DNA of 64,000 nt from an uncultured Clostridium sp. (GCA_964621265.1 CAZULQ010000008.1:49-64048); one strand, 5' to 3'; positions 29,669 to 37,977 are shown, counted from the first letter of the stretch. Translations and numbers: made by a program. Notes: generated from the letters alone by a model not told the origin.

Positions 29669-30778
29669 TTATTCTTCGTCATCATTATAAAGCTCAACAT
29701 TGTCATCGTCAATCATACCAATGTAGCTTTTACCTGCGTTGACAGTTATTTCTTCACCCGTATCCTCATCATAAATCTTAATCGGGTCGCTGTCAGACGC
29801 CTTTTCCCATGTAATCTCCTGTGCCTTACCCATGGAAATGTAGTAACCCTCTCCACTGTCAAGACCGATATCCATAAGCTTTCCGTCGGCTCTCACACCA
29901 ACATAGGTTTCAAGCACAAAAATATTCGTAAACGAAAGCTGATTGCCTGTAACGCCGTCCTTATGCTCGTTCCCTGAATGATACTTATAATAAACCTGTT
30001 CATTTTCATCATATTCAAATGTGCTGTAATAAGAATTTGAGAAATTGAGACTGAATTCCGGACAGTCGTCTCCAACCGGTTCAACAGGCTCGCCTGGCGG
30101 ATTGAACATAAACGCTCCGTCAGCATTCTCATCGTTTATATCTGTACGATAACCCATTTCCTCAATCTGTTCCGGAAGCTGACTTCCTCTGAGTGCACCC
30201 GTATGCTCTGTTGCATAAGACTGCGCTCTGACAGAATCACGCTCAAATACAGTTCCATAGCCAAGACTGCTCTCATTACCGTCAAAGCGGTCAATACCAA
30301 GATAATCGAGTGTGTCCTGAGCGATTGTCTTGTCAGAACCCCAGTGACAATAAATTGCATCCATACCGTAAGCAAGCCGAGGATAGTAATAACGACAGCT
30401 TCTTACAGAGCATATATCAGGAACGTTTGTATAATCCGCATATACAGCCATAAGTCTTGTTATGCCGCCCTCAACAGGAATCTCATATATAATGTCCGCT
30501 TCGTCAATGCCATACTGAGGAAGCGCCGCCTTGATATTGCTGACCATAACAGCTATCGGTCTTTTTCCGACCGCATCCTCATTATAGCCATCCTCACCTG
30601 TCAGCGGATTTATAACGCTGTCAGCCTCAGGCTCAGTAGGCTCTGTTGTTTCAACAACTGTCGGTTCCTCTGTCGGAATTGTTTCAGCAATTGAATCCTT
30701 TATAGGTCTTGCGTCACCGCAGCCGGCAAGGCACAAAACTGCAGCAAATGCTGCTGTCATAATTTTTAGTTTATTCAT
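29669..30778 (-). CDS. DUF3048-family lipoprotein
   Basis: Lipobox LAGC; NPLTG, RPIAVMVSN, PQYGI, ADIIYE, VEGGITR, SVRSCR. Confidence 0.85.
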   Translation of the reverse strand: MNKLKIMTAAFAAVLCLAGCGDARPIKDSIAETIPTEEPTVVETTEPTEPEADSVINPLTGEDGYNEDAVGKRPIAVMVSNIKAALPQYGIDEADIIYEIPVEGGITRLMAVYADYTNVPDICSVRSCRYYYPRLAYGMDAIYCHWGSDKTIAQDTLDYLGIDRFDGNESSLGYGTVFERDSVRAQSYATEHTGALRGSQLPEQIEEMGYRTDINDENADGAFMFNPPGEPVEPVGDDCPEFSLNFSNSYYSTFEYDENEQVYYKYHSGNEHKDGVTGNQLSFTNIFVLETYVGVRADGKLMDIGLDSGEGYYISMGKAQEITWEKASDSDPIKIYDEDTGEEITVNAGKSYIGMIDDDNVELYNDDEE

Positions 30779-30847
30779 GATAATTTTACCCCGAAATATA
30801 AATTTATAGTTTTTTCAAAAATATACCACATAAATTCCTTTTATAAA

Positions 30848-30876
30848 ATTCTATCAGAATTTATAGAATTTGTCAA
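30848..30876 (-). promoter_or_regulatory. SigA promoter for DUF3048 gene
   Basis: TTGACA-17 nt-TAGAAT with TGn extension. Confidence 0.7.
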
Positions 30877-31063
30877 ATTTACAACTTTACACATATATCT
30901 GCCTGATATTCCAGGCTTTTGATTATGTCGTCAAAAAGTACTGATAAACACCCCTGTTTTGTCGAGAAATTACGATGAAAACCTGTATCAAAGCTATTTA
31001 CAACTCATAAAAAAGAATATAAAATAATAGTTACAAAATTATTACAACAAAACGGAGGTCAAT

Positions 31064-31939
31064 ATGAAAAAAATAAATGCAATTCTTTCTGCGGCGGCAG
31101 TTCTTCTGGTTTCTGCAGGAAGCTGTATAAGCGTAAGCGGCCTTGAATACTGTGAAACGCTTACATACATTGTTTCCGAAAACGAGGCTATTATTACAGG
31201 CTACTGCGGAAATCCCGAAGTTATAAACCTGCCATCTGAAATCGAAAACAAGCCTGTAACTGAAATCAGGGAAAATGCATTCTACAGATGCAGTTCACTT
31301 ACTGAAATAACTCTTCCCGAGAGCGTAAGCGAAATAAGTCACCACGCTTTTTTTGAATGCACTTCTCTTGAAACAGTTAAAATAAACGGGGAAGTTGACT
31401 GCTTTTCCGAGGGCGTATTCTATGGCTGTGAAAGCCTCAGAAGTATTGACGTACGCAACACCGCTGAAATTGATGATTACGCATTTTTCGGATGCCTGAG
31501 CTTAGAAAAATTCCGAACGCCGCAGGGCGTTACAGAAATCGGAGAATACGCATTTTACAACTGCCTTTCACTCTCAGAAATCTCCTTTGGCAACAAGCTT
31601 CACAAAATCGGAAGCTACGCATTTTTCAACTGTCCTGAGCTCCCGAAAATAAGCTTTCCCGAAAATCTCAATTCAATCGGTCAGTACGCCGCAGGATTTT
31701 CAGATAATGGTCTCAACAAAAGCTTTGAAATTGTCGGGATGCCTGATACCATAGCTGAGCATTACGCAAAAAGTAATGGCATAGACTTCAGACAGCGCAT
31801 TACCTCACAAAGAAGCACCATTCTGACAGGCGAAAACATTCTCAGCACTCTTATATGGCTTATCTTCGCCGTTCTTTATGGCATAACTATATTTTACGTT
31901 CTTCCCGCAGTAAAAAAGCGACGTCGTGCTTTCAGATAG
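31064..31939 (+). CDS. BspA-type leucine-rich-repeat (LRR_5) surface protein with C-terminal membrane anchor
   Basis: Signal peptide; repeated I..xAFxxCxSLxxI.P units; C-terminal TM followed by KKRRR. Confidence 0.88.
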   Translation: MKKINAILSAAAVLLVSAGSCISVSGLEYCETLTYIVSENEAIITGYCGNPEVINLPSEIENKPVTEIRENAFYRCSSLTEITLPESVSEISHHAFFECTSLETVKINGEVDCFSEGVFYGCESLRSIDVRNTAEIDDYAFFGCLSLEKFRTPQGVTEIGEYAFYNCLSLSEISFGNKLHKIGSYAFFNCPELPKISFPENLNSIGQYAAGFSDNGLNKSFEIVGMPDTIAEHYAKSNGIDFRQRITSQRSTILTGENILSTLIWLIFAVLYGITIFYVLPAVKKRRRAFR

Positions 31940-31950
31940 AATCAGCACAA

Positions 31951-31987
31951 AAAACGGGACTGCCTGTTATAATGGCAGTCCCGTTTT
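31951..31987. terminator. Bidirectional terminator between LRR gene and dockerin-protein gene
   Basis: AAAACGGGACTGCC...GGCAGTCCCGTTTT 14-bp inverted repeat. Confidence 0.85.
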
Positions 31988-32023
31988 CGTTAAGGAAGTT
32001 TTTACTATCTCAATGTATTATTA

Positions 32024-33859
32024 TCAAACCATTTTTGAAAGTGTCATGTAATCGAATACATTAACAACACCATCACTATTTACGTCTGCTGATTCAGCTG
32101 TGAATTCAAAGCCTTCAACAGTAACGCCTACCATATACTTCTTGAGCGCTTCAGCATCGTCTGTTGAAACCATGCCATCGTTGTTGTAGTCATATGCTGT
32201 ATTTGTTTCTTCTACAACTGCGTCAGGTGTATATGTAATTTCGATTGTTTCGAGGTAAAGAGGAACTGTTGAGCCCCACCAGTAACCGATTTCAATGTTT
32301 CCGCCTGTGATACCATTGCAGATATCAGTGTCAGCGAAGTTAATTGTGTAAACTGTATTTGTACCGATGTATTCGTTGATGTCCTTCTGATACCAGTTGC
32401 CGTTTGAAACCATGCCGATACCCATGATGAGTGTATCGATTGTGCCAACTGTTGAGCGGAGGTTAATCTTGATGTTTTCAACTGTGCCCTTTGAGCAGAT
32501 TTCGTCGAGGTTGAATTTGTAAAGCTTGCTTGCTTCGTCTGAATAGTCAAGCTTTGCATTGATTGAGTATACTTCTGTGATTGTGTCTGAATCTGAAGCT
32601 GTTGTTGTTTCTGTTGTTGTAGCTACTGTGCTTGCCTTTGATGATGAAGATGCGATTGTTGCTGTTGTAGTTGTAGTAGTTGTTGTAGCTTCTGTTGTTG
32701 CAGGAGTTGTAGATGTAGTAGTAGTTGTTGTAGCTTCTGTTGTTACTGTAGTAGTTGTTGTTGTAGTTGTTGTAACTTCTGTTGTAGTTGTAGCTGCTTC
32801 GTCAGCGATATATGTAACTGTAATTGTGTTAAGAATAATTGTATTTGATGTGCCGTACCAGTAACCGATTTCAACATTGCCGTTTTCAAGACCCATGCAT
32901 GCGCTTGTGTCGCCAAAGCTTGCTGTGTATGACTTAACGCCTACTGTTGTGTTAACGTCATTCTGATACCAGTTGCCATTAACCACGCCTGACATAGATA
33001 ACGAAATTGAACCGAGAGCTGATGCTGAACGGAAGTTTGCATCGAGACCGATGATTGTGCCCTTAGCTGCGATTTCGTCGATGTTGAATGAGTATGACTT
33101 GCTGTCGTTTGATGTGTAGTCGAGAGTCTGTCTGATTGTGAATGTTTCTGTAACTACTTCGCCTTCAGGAAGTACAACTGTTGTTGTAGTTGTTGCTTCT
33201 GTTTCAGGAGCAGTTGTTGTAGTTGTTGTTGTAGTTGTAGTAGTTGTTGTAACCTGTGTTGTTGTAGTTGTTGTTACAGCTGATGTCTTTGTCCATACTG
33301 CTGCAAATACGATTTTATCTGATGAAAGGATTGCAGGAACTTCGAATGCTGAACCAGCTGTGTATGTAACGCCGTCATACTTCCAGCCGCTGAATGTGTA
33401 ACCGTCATATGTGAACTGGTTTTCAGGAAGAGTAATTGTTGTGCCGTATGTAGCGTCAACGTAGAAGTTTGCGCTGCCTGCTGAAGTTTTGCCGCCCTTG
33501 CCTGTGAAAGTGATTGTATATGTGCTTGGTTCCCAGTTAGCTACGAATGTGAGGTCGTATGAAGGCATTGTGTACTGAGCACCTGTTCTGACTGTTTCGC
33601 CTGTCTTTGGAACATACCATGACTTGAGGTCGTAGCCGAGTCTTGAGAATCTTGATGAATCTGCCGCATCGAATGTTGTGTTGATAATCTTTTCGAAGTT
33701 TACTTCAGATGCACCAACGATGCCGTCAACATCGCCTGCTGTGTAAGTAAGTGTGCAGTATGTAACTGCGTGTACTGTCAGACTTGTAAACATTGAAACT
33801 ACCATGAGGATTGAAGAAATAACTGCGATTGCTCTCTTAAAATTAACTGTTCTTTTCAT
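32024..33859 (-). CDS. Secreted non-catalytic dockerin protein: 2 InlB-B (Listeria-Bacteroides) repeats, Thr linkers, 2 CBM79-like modules, dockerin
   Basis: Signal peptide MKRTVNFKRAIAV...VHA; GYDLKSWY...FVANW and GYTFSGW...AAVW repeats; two ~118-aa modules ending GYW(Y/W)G; DYNNDG...DVNSDG duplicated Ca-loops; start refined to ATG 33859 (AAGGAG SD). Confidence 0.85.
   Translation of the reverse strand: MKRTVNFKRAIAVISSILMVVSMFTSLTVHAVTYCTLTYTAGDVDGIVGASEVNFEKIINTTFDAADSSRFSRLGYDLKSWYVPKTGETVRTGAQYTMPSYDLTFVANWEPSTYTITFTGKGGKTSAGSANFYVDATYGTTITLPENQFTYDGYTFSGWKYDGVTYTAGSAFEVPAILSSDKIVFAAVWTKTSAVTTTTTTQVTTTTTTTTTTTTTAPETEATTTTTVVLPEGEVVTETFTIRQTLDYTSNDSKSYSFNIDEIAAKGTIIGLDANFRSASALGSISLSMSGVVNGNWYQNDVNTTVGVKSYTASFGDTSACMGLENGNVEIGYWYGTSNTIILNTITVTYIADEAATTTTEVTTTTTTTTTVTTEATTTTTTSTTPATTEATTTTTTTTATIASSSSKASTVATTTETTTASDSDTITEVYSINAKLDYSDEASKLYKFNLDEICSKGTVENIKINLRSTVGTIDTLIMGIGMVSNGNWYQKDINEYIGTNTVYTINFADTDICNGITGGNIEIGYWWGSTVPLYLETIEITYTPDAVVEETNTAYDYNNDGMVSTDDAEALKKYMVGVTVEGFEFTAESADVNSDGVVNVFDYMTLSKMV
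32590..33280 (-). repeat. Low-complexity Thr-rich linker triplet repeats (32590-32800 and 33170-33280)
   Basis: Runs of GTT/GTA on the plus strand = ACA/ACT Thr codons in frame. Confidence 0.85.
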
Positions 33860-33910
33860 AATAATAACACTCCTTAACTTATTCGCCTGACAGGTTATTA
33901 TCAAGTATAT

Positions 33911-33951
33911 AAAACAAAAACGGCGTCTTTTTTGTAGCAAAAAAGACGCCG
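33911..33951 (-). terminator. Intrinsic terminator in the riboswitch expression platform
   Basis: CGGCGTCTTTTTTG-loop-CAAAAAAGACGCCG stem followed by TTTTTGTTTT on the minus strand, between aptamer and SD. Confidence 0.88.
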
Positions 33952-33992
33952 CTAATATAGCTTAATAATAACATTTGTAATTAATACAAGTG

Positions 33993-34082
33993 TCAGCAAC
34001 TGGCTGTCGTACCGCTTATTGTTCAAGCGGGTTAGACCCTTAGCTTTGCGTCCTTACCTTTCAGTAAGTTTGCCCATTATTC
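33993..34082 (-). ncRNA. c-di-GMP-I (GEMM) riboswitch
   Basis: Minus strand GGGCAAACTTACT-GAAA-GGTAAGGACGCAAAGCTAAGGGTCTAA-CCCGCTT...AAGCGG-TACGACAGCCAGTTGC matches the GEMM consensus (GAAA tetraloop, GACGCAAAG, GGxCTAA, CAGCCAGTTGC). Confidence 0.93.
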
Positions 34083-34197
34083 AATTTACTTTCTTTACAT
34101 CTGAACTTAAAATTTATTTCAACTTGAAGCTTTGTGAGTTTTAATTTTTGTTTTCTCTTAAGCTTTGTTTTTAAATCTTGTGTTCTTCTGTGTCTAT

Positions 34198-34226
34198 ATA
34201 ATACCACTAAAACGGTTTCGTGTCAA
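34198..34226 (-). promoter_or_regulatory. SigA promoter for riboswitch leader/dockerin gene
   Basis: TTGACA-17 nt-TATTAT with TGn extension. Confidence 0.75.
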
Positions 34227-34551
34227 CAGTTTCGGGCTATTTTTATTTTGTTTCTACTTATTAACTAAATCAAACGGTAAATTTACTGTCTAAAATGCAC
34301 CAATAATAAACAAGATTTACAATAATTGCTTTAACAAACCCTGTTTTTTGTAGATTTTGTTGTTTCGTTTACTTTTTAAAACGTTTTAATACGCATAAAT
34401 ACGTCCGTTAAATGTTTTCGTAAATGTTGCTTTTAAAACGTATCCGTAAAAAATTCCGGAAATATATTTGTTTCATTACAGCTTGTGACAAAATAATCGC
34501 ACTATATATATTAGAATAAAAGAAAATTCACAAGTCAAAGGAGATGTTAAA

Positions 34552-34884
34552 ATGTCTGTAAAAATAACAGAGGATGAAAAAAGGATTATTGCGCTGCTCT
34601 CTGGCGAGATTGACCATCATAGTGCAAAGGGGCTCAGGGCAGAAATTGATTTTTCTTTGCGTGAACGTCATCCACAGGAATTAATTCTCGACTTTTCGGA
34701 AGTAACCTTTATGGATAGTTCCGGAATCGGTCTTGTTATGGGACGCTGTAAGCTTATGAACGAGCTCGGGGGAACTGTCACCGTAAAAAATCCCCCTAAC
34801 TATATAAGAAAGGTCATGCGCCTTTCGGGTATAGACCGCATTGCGACTATTTCAGGCAGTAAGGAAGGAGCATGTCACAAATGA
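34552..34884 (+). CDS. spoIIAA: Anti-sigma-F factor antagonist SpoIIAA
   Basis: LSGEIDHHSA, VTFMDSSGIGLVMGR (phospho-Ser motif). Confidence 0.95.
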   Translation: MSVKITEDEKRIIALLSGEIDHHSAKGLRAEIDFSLRERHPQELILDFSEVTFMDSSGIGLVMGRCKLMNELGGTVTVKNPPNYIRKVMRLSGIDRIATISGSKEGACHK

Positions 34885-35318
34885 AAACCATAAACGAAAT
34901 GAAAATCAGCTTTCTCAGCAAATCAGAAAATGAAGGCTTTGCGAGAACGGCAGTTTCTGCATTCTTTGCTCTGTGCGACCCGTCGGTCGAGGATATAGCA
35001 GATATAAGGACGGCAGTTTCCGAAGCTGTCACAAACTGTATAGTTCACGCTTATCGTGGTACGACAGGAATTATTGAAATAACTGCAAAAATACTTGAAG
35101 GCAACGAATTTTACATAAGAATAAAGGATAAGGGCTGTGGCATACCTGATATAGAAAAAGCGATGGAGCCGCTTTATACCTCTGCACCGCTCGAAGAACG
35201 TGCAGGGCTCGGATTTGCTGTCATGGAATCATTTACAGACGTTTTAACCGTTAAAAGCGAACCTGACAAGGGAACAGTAATTACAATGAGAAAAAAGCCC
35301 GGTGAACACAATGAATAA
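34881..35318 (+). CDS. spoIIAB: Anti-sigma-F factor/kinase SpoIIAB
   Basis: SENEGFAR, TAVSEAVTNCIVHAY, DKGCGI, AMEPLYT, ERAGLGF; start refined to ATG 34881. Confidence 0.95.
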   Translation: MKTINEMKISFLSKSENEGFARTAVSAFFALCDPSVEDIADIRTAVSEAVTNCIVHAYRGTTGIIEITAKILEGNEFYIRIKDKGCGIPDIEKAMEPLYTSAPLEERAGLGFAVMESFTDVLTVKSEPDKGTVITMRKKPGEHNE

Positions 35319-35961
35319 ACCATCAGCAGAGGAACATCTGGGACTGGTACATCTTTGTGCTAATCGTTTTCGTGGACGAGGAATCGAATATGACGACCTG
35401 TATTCTGCCGGCTGTATCGGCTTACTAAAAGCCGCTGACGCATTTGACTGCGAAAGGGGCGTGAAATTTTCAACCTATGCAGTACCCGTCATACTCGGTG
35501 AAATAAAGCGGCTTTTCCGTGACGGAGGAGCTATAAAGGTAAGCAGAAGCTTAAAGGAGCTTTCACTGCGAACTGTCCGCAAGCGCGAAGACCTTTCCAA
35601 GACGCTCGGGCGTGAGCCGACTATCAGCGAACTGAGTCACGCCATGAACGAAAATGAGTGCGACATAGCAGAAGCGCTTGCCGTAAGCCTTCCGCCCGTC
35701 TCGCTCACAGACAGCTCCGATGAAAATGGTAAGGAGCTTGATATAGCAGTTCCCTCACCCGATACAGAAATAGGCGATACAATTGCGCTCAGACAGGTAC
35801 TTTCTATAATGGAAGAAAAGGACCGTTCCCTTATAATCTTAAGATACTATAAAGGGAAAACCCAGACAGTCGTTGCAAAAGAGCTCGGTATGTCACAGGT
35901 TCAGGTTTCAAGGCGTGAGAAAAAACTGCTCGGATTTATGAGGGAACAGCTTTTAAAGTAA
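35311..35961 (+). CDS. sigF: Forespore sigma factor F (short N-terminus)
   Basis: RGIEYDDLYSAGCIGLLKA, FSTYAVPVILGEIKRLFRD, IKVSRSLKE, TQTVVAKELGMSQVQVSR; third gene of spoIIA operon. Confidence 0.9.
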   Translation: MNKPSAEEHLGLVHLCANRFRGRGIEYDDLYSAGCIGLLKAADAFDCERGVKFSTYAVPVILGEIKRLFRDGGAIKVSRSLKELSLRTVRKREDLSKTLGREPTISELSHAMNENECDIAEALAVSLPPVSLTDSSDENGKELDIAVPSPDTEIGDTIALRQVLSIMEEKDRSLIILRYYKGKTQTVVAKELGMSQVQVSRREKKLLGFMREQLLK

Positions 35962-36021
35962 ACGTTTAAGCCAAATATGCCACAGAAAACATATTTTTAA
36001 CAGATAATTCACGTCAAAGTA

Positions 36022-36050
36022 TTGATTTTTTATTTAAAATGTAGTATAAT
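36022..36050 (+). promoter_or_regulatory. SigA promoter for TPR gene
   Basis: TTGATT-17 nt-TATAAT. Confidence 0.7.
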
Positions 36051-36084
36051 TAATAGACTGATTAATATAGACAGGAGAATTATC

Positions 36085-37119
36085 ATGGTAAAAAATATTA
36101 TAGAAGAAATAAAAAAAGGACTTGTAGGTGATCCTGCAAAGGATATCCAGTATCTTCAGGAACAGGGTGTCAAGTATAAGGATCATGCACAGGCAGGCGA
36201 AATCTTAAAGGCACTCAGCGAGCTTTCATTCAGCCTTCTTCCTGAAGAAAACCGCAGAAAGATTAAAGAGGATCTTTTCATTGAGGACAAGCGTGTTGAC
36301 CAGGTTTTCGCAGAGGCAAATGAAAAGGTAAAGGCAAAGGATATTGACGGTGCTCTTGAAATTCTCGCAAAAATCGAAGCCCATGCCGATAAGGTATTTC
36401 CTACTGAGAAAAACTGCTTCTTCTCATTCAGAAACCGTCTTGAAGAATATATGTATTCACATTTTTACAAGCCTGAAGAAAAGTACGGCAGAACACCATT
36501 TGATTTCTGTCAGTTCCTTTCAGCATACGGCTATCTTCTTATTGAAAAGCATCAGCCACAGGATGCGGTTGCAAAGCTTGAAAAGGCTATCAAGTATAAT
36601 CCTGTAAATGCCGAACCAAGATTTGAGCTTGCAGAAGCTTACAAGCTTCTCCACGAGCCTGAGAATCTTTTTGAATGTATCAAGGAAACAGTTAAAATCG
36701 CTATTTCACCATATCACATTTCAAGATGCTACGCTAATCTCGGATACTACTGTATCGAAATCAAGGATTATGACAGCGCTGTTGCTTTCTATTACGAAAG
36801 TCTGATGTTTGCTAAGAATCCTGCTGTCCAGGGCGAGCTTCAGCATATCCGTGCAATCACAGGCAAGCAGATTGTTCCGCCTACAAGAGACGAAGTTCTC
36901 GCAGTATTTGAAAAATATGGCATCAAGAATGGTCCTGACCAGGATATCGTTAATATTGCTTTCTCACTTGGCAACTACTGCATCGAGCACAACGCTCCGC
37001 CACAGGAATCACTTTTCTATATGCAGATTGCATACGACCTTTCAAGAAGCGAAAAGGTGCTTGAAATCATTGACCGCTTAAAGGCTCAGATTGCCGCACA
37101 GAACGCTAAGGTAAAATAA
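36085..37119 (+). CDS. Tetratricopeptide-repeat protein
   Basis: TPR-like helices (YGYLLIE...AVAKLEKAIKYNPVNAEPRFELA, YANLGYY...YDSAVAFY); start refined to ATG 36085 (AGGAG SD). Confidence 0.8.
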   Translation: MVKNIIEEIKKGLVGDPAKDIQYLQEQGVKYKDHAQAGEILKALSELSFSLLPEENRRKIKEDLFIEDKRVDQVFAEANEKVKAKDIDGALEILAKIEAHADKVFPTEKNCFFSFRNRLEEYMYSHFYKPEEKYGRTPFDFCQFLSAYGYLLIEKHQPQDAVAKLEKAIKYNPVNAEPRFELAEAYKLLHEPENLFECIKETVKIAISPYHISRCYANLGYYCIEIKDYDSAVAFYYESLMFAKNPAVQGELQHIRAITGKQIVPPTRDEVLAVFEKYGIKNGPDQDIVNIAFSLGNYCIEHNAPPQESLFYMQIAYDLSRSEKVLEIIDRLKAQIAAQNAKVK

Positions 37120-37127
37120 TAAAGCCG

Positions 37128-37151
37128 AAAGCCTCCCATAAGGGAGGCTTT
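37128..37151 (+). terminator. Intrinsic terminator after TPR gene
   Basis: AAAGCCTCCC-ATAA-GGGAGGCTTT then T-tract. Confidence 0.8.
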
Positions 37152-37174
37152 TATAATCAATGGGGGTGTATTAA

Positions 37175-37615
37175 ATGAACATTCGCACAATGTATATTAC
37201 AGACTATGAGGATGTATATTCACTATGGCTTTCATGCAAGGGCATGGGACTTAACAATCTTGACGATTCCAAGGACGGAATCGAGCGCTTTCTGAACAGA
37301 AATCCCGAAACCTGCTTTGTTGCAGAAAAGGATAATAAAATCGTCGGCGTTATAATAACAGGAAATGATGGTCGCCGTGGTTATATTTATCACACAGCAG
37401 TAAATCCCGATTACAGAAAGCAGGGCATTGCATCTGCACTTGTCAATACAGCTCTGACAGCACTTGAAACAATTGGAATAAACAAGGTGGCGCTTGTCGT
37501 GTTTGAAAGAAATCAAAGCGGCAATGAATTTTGGGAAAAGATTGGATTTACCCAAAGGGATGATTTAATTTACCGCAACAAGACCATAACACAGATGGTG
37601 AGAATTGATACTTAA
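37175..37615 (+). CDS. GNAT N-acetyltransferase
   Basis: GRRGYIYHTAVNPDYRKQGIASAL motif A, N..G..FWEKIGF. Confidence 0.92.
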   Translation: MNIRTMYITDYEDVYSLWLSCKGMGLNNLDDSKDGIERFLNRNPETCFVAEKDNKIVGVIITGNDGRRGYIYHTAVNPDYRKQGIASALVNTALTALETIGINKVALVVFERNQSGNEFWEKIGFTQRDDLIYRNKTITQMVRIDT

Positions 37616-37634
37616 TAAATTTAAGGAGACATAT

Positions 37635-37958
37635 ATGCTTGGTAAAATCGTCACAGTAACCGTCGACCGTCCTCTTGGAAGCTATCATCCTGAATATAAA
37701 GATTTGTATTATCCCGTGAACTATGGCTATATTGAAGGCATTATGGCTCCCGATGGGGAAGAACAAGACGCTTATATTTTAGGCATAAACGAACCTGTTG
37801 AAAAATATACAGGTAAAATAATTGCAATAATTCACAGATTTGATGACATTGAAGAAAAGTGGGTTGTCTGTCCGGAAGATATGTCATTCACCAAGTCTGA
37901 AATTATTAAAGCGGTAAAATTTCAGGAGCAATATTATCAATCAGAAATTATTATGTAG
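37635..37958 (+). CDS. Short inorganic pyrophosphatase-family protein
   Basis: VDRPLGSYHP, YPVNYGYI, APDGEEQDAYILG, DDIEEKWVV; start refined to ATG 37635. Confidence 0.8.
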   Translation: MLGKIVTVTVDRPLGSYHPEYKDLYYPVNYGYIEGIMAPDGEEQDAYILGINEPVEKYTGKIIAIIHRFDDIEEKWVVCPEDMSFTKSEIIKAVKFQEQYYQSEIIM

Positions 37959-37977
37959 GGGCGGTCATTGACCGCCC
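37955..37977 (+). repeat. GTAG-type REP-like palindrome, copy 1
   Basis: GTAG followed by GGGCGGTCA-T-TGACCGCCC. Confidence 0.65.

Noticed and set aside
29610-29670. SigF promoter for spoIIR, and SigE/SigK-like elements at 95-125 before sigK
   Set aside because: Biologically expected, but the matches are too degenerate to call from sequence alone
32559-33401. Val-rich plus-strand ORFs (32559-32864, 33138-33401) and triplet arrays that look like repeats or CRISPR
   Set aside because: Antisense shadows of in-frame Thr-codon linkers; no repeat-spacer structure and no cas genes
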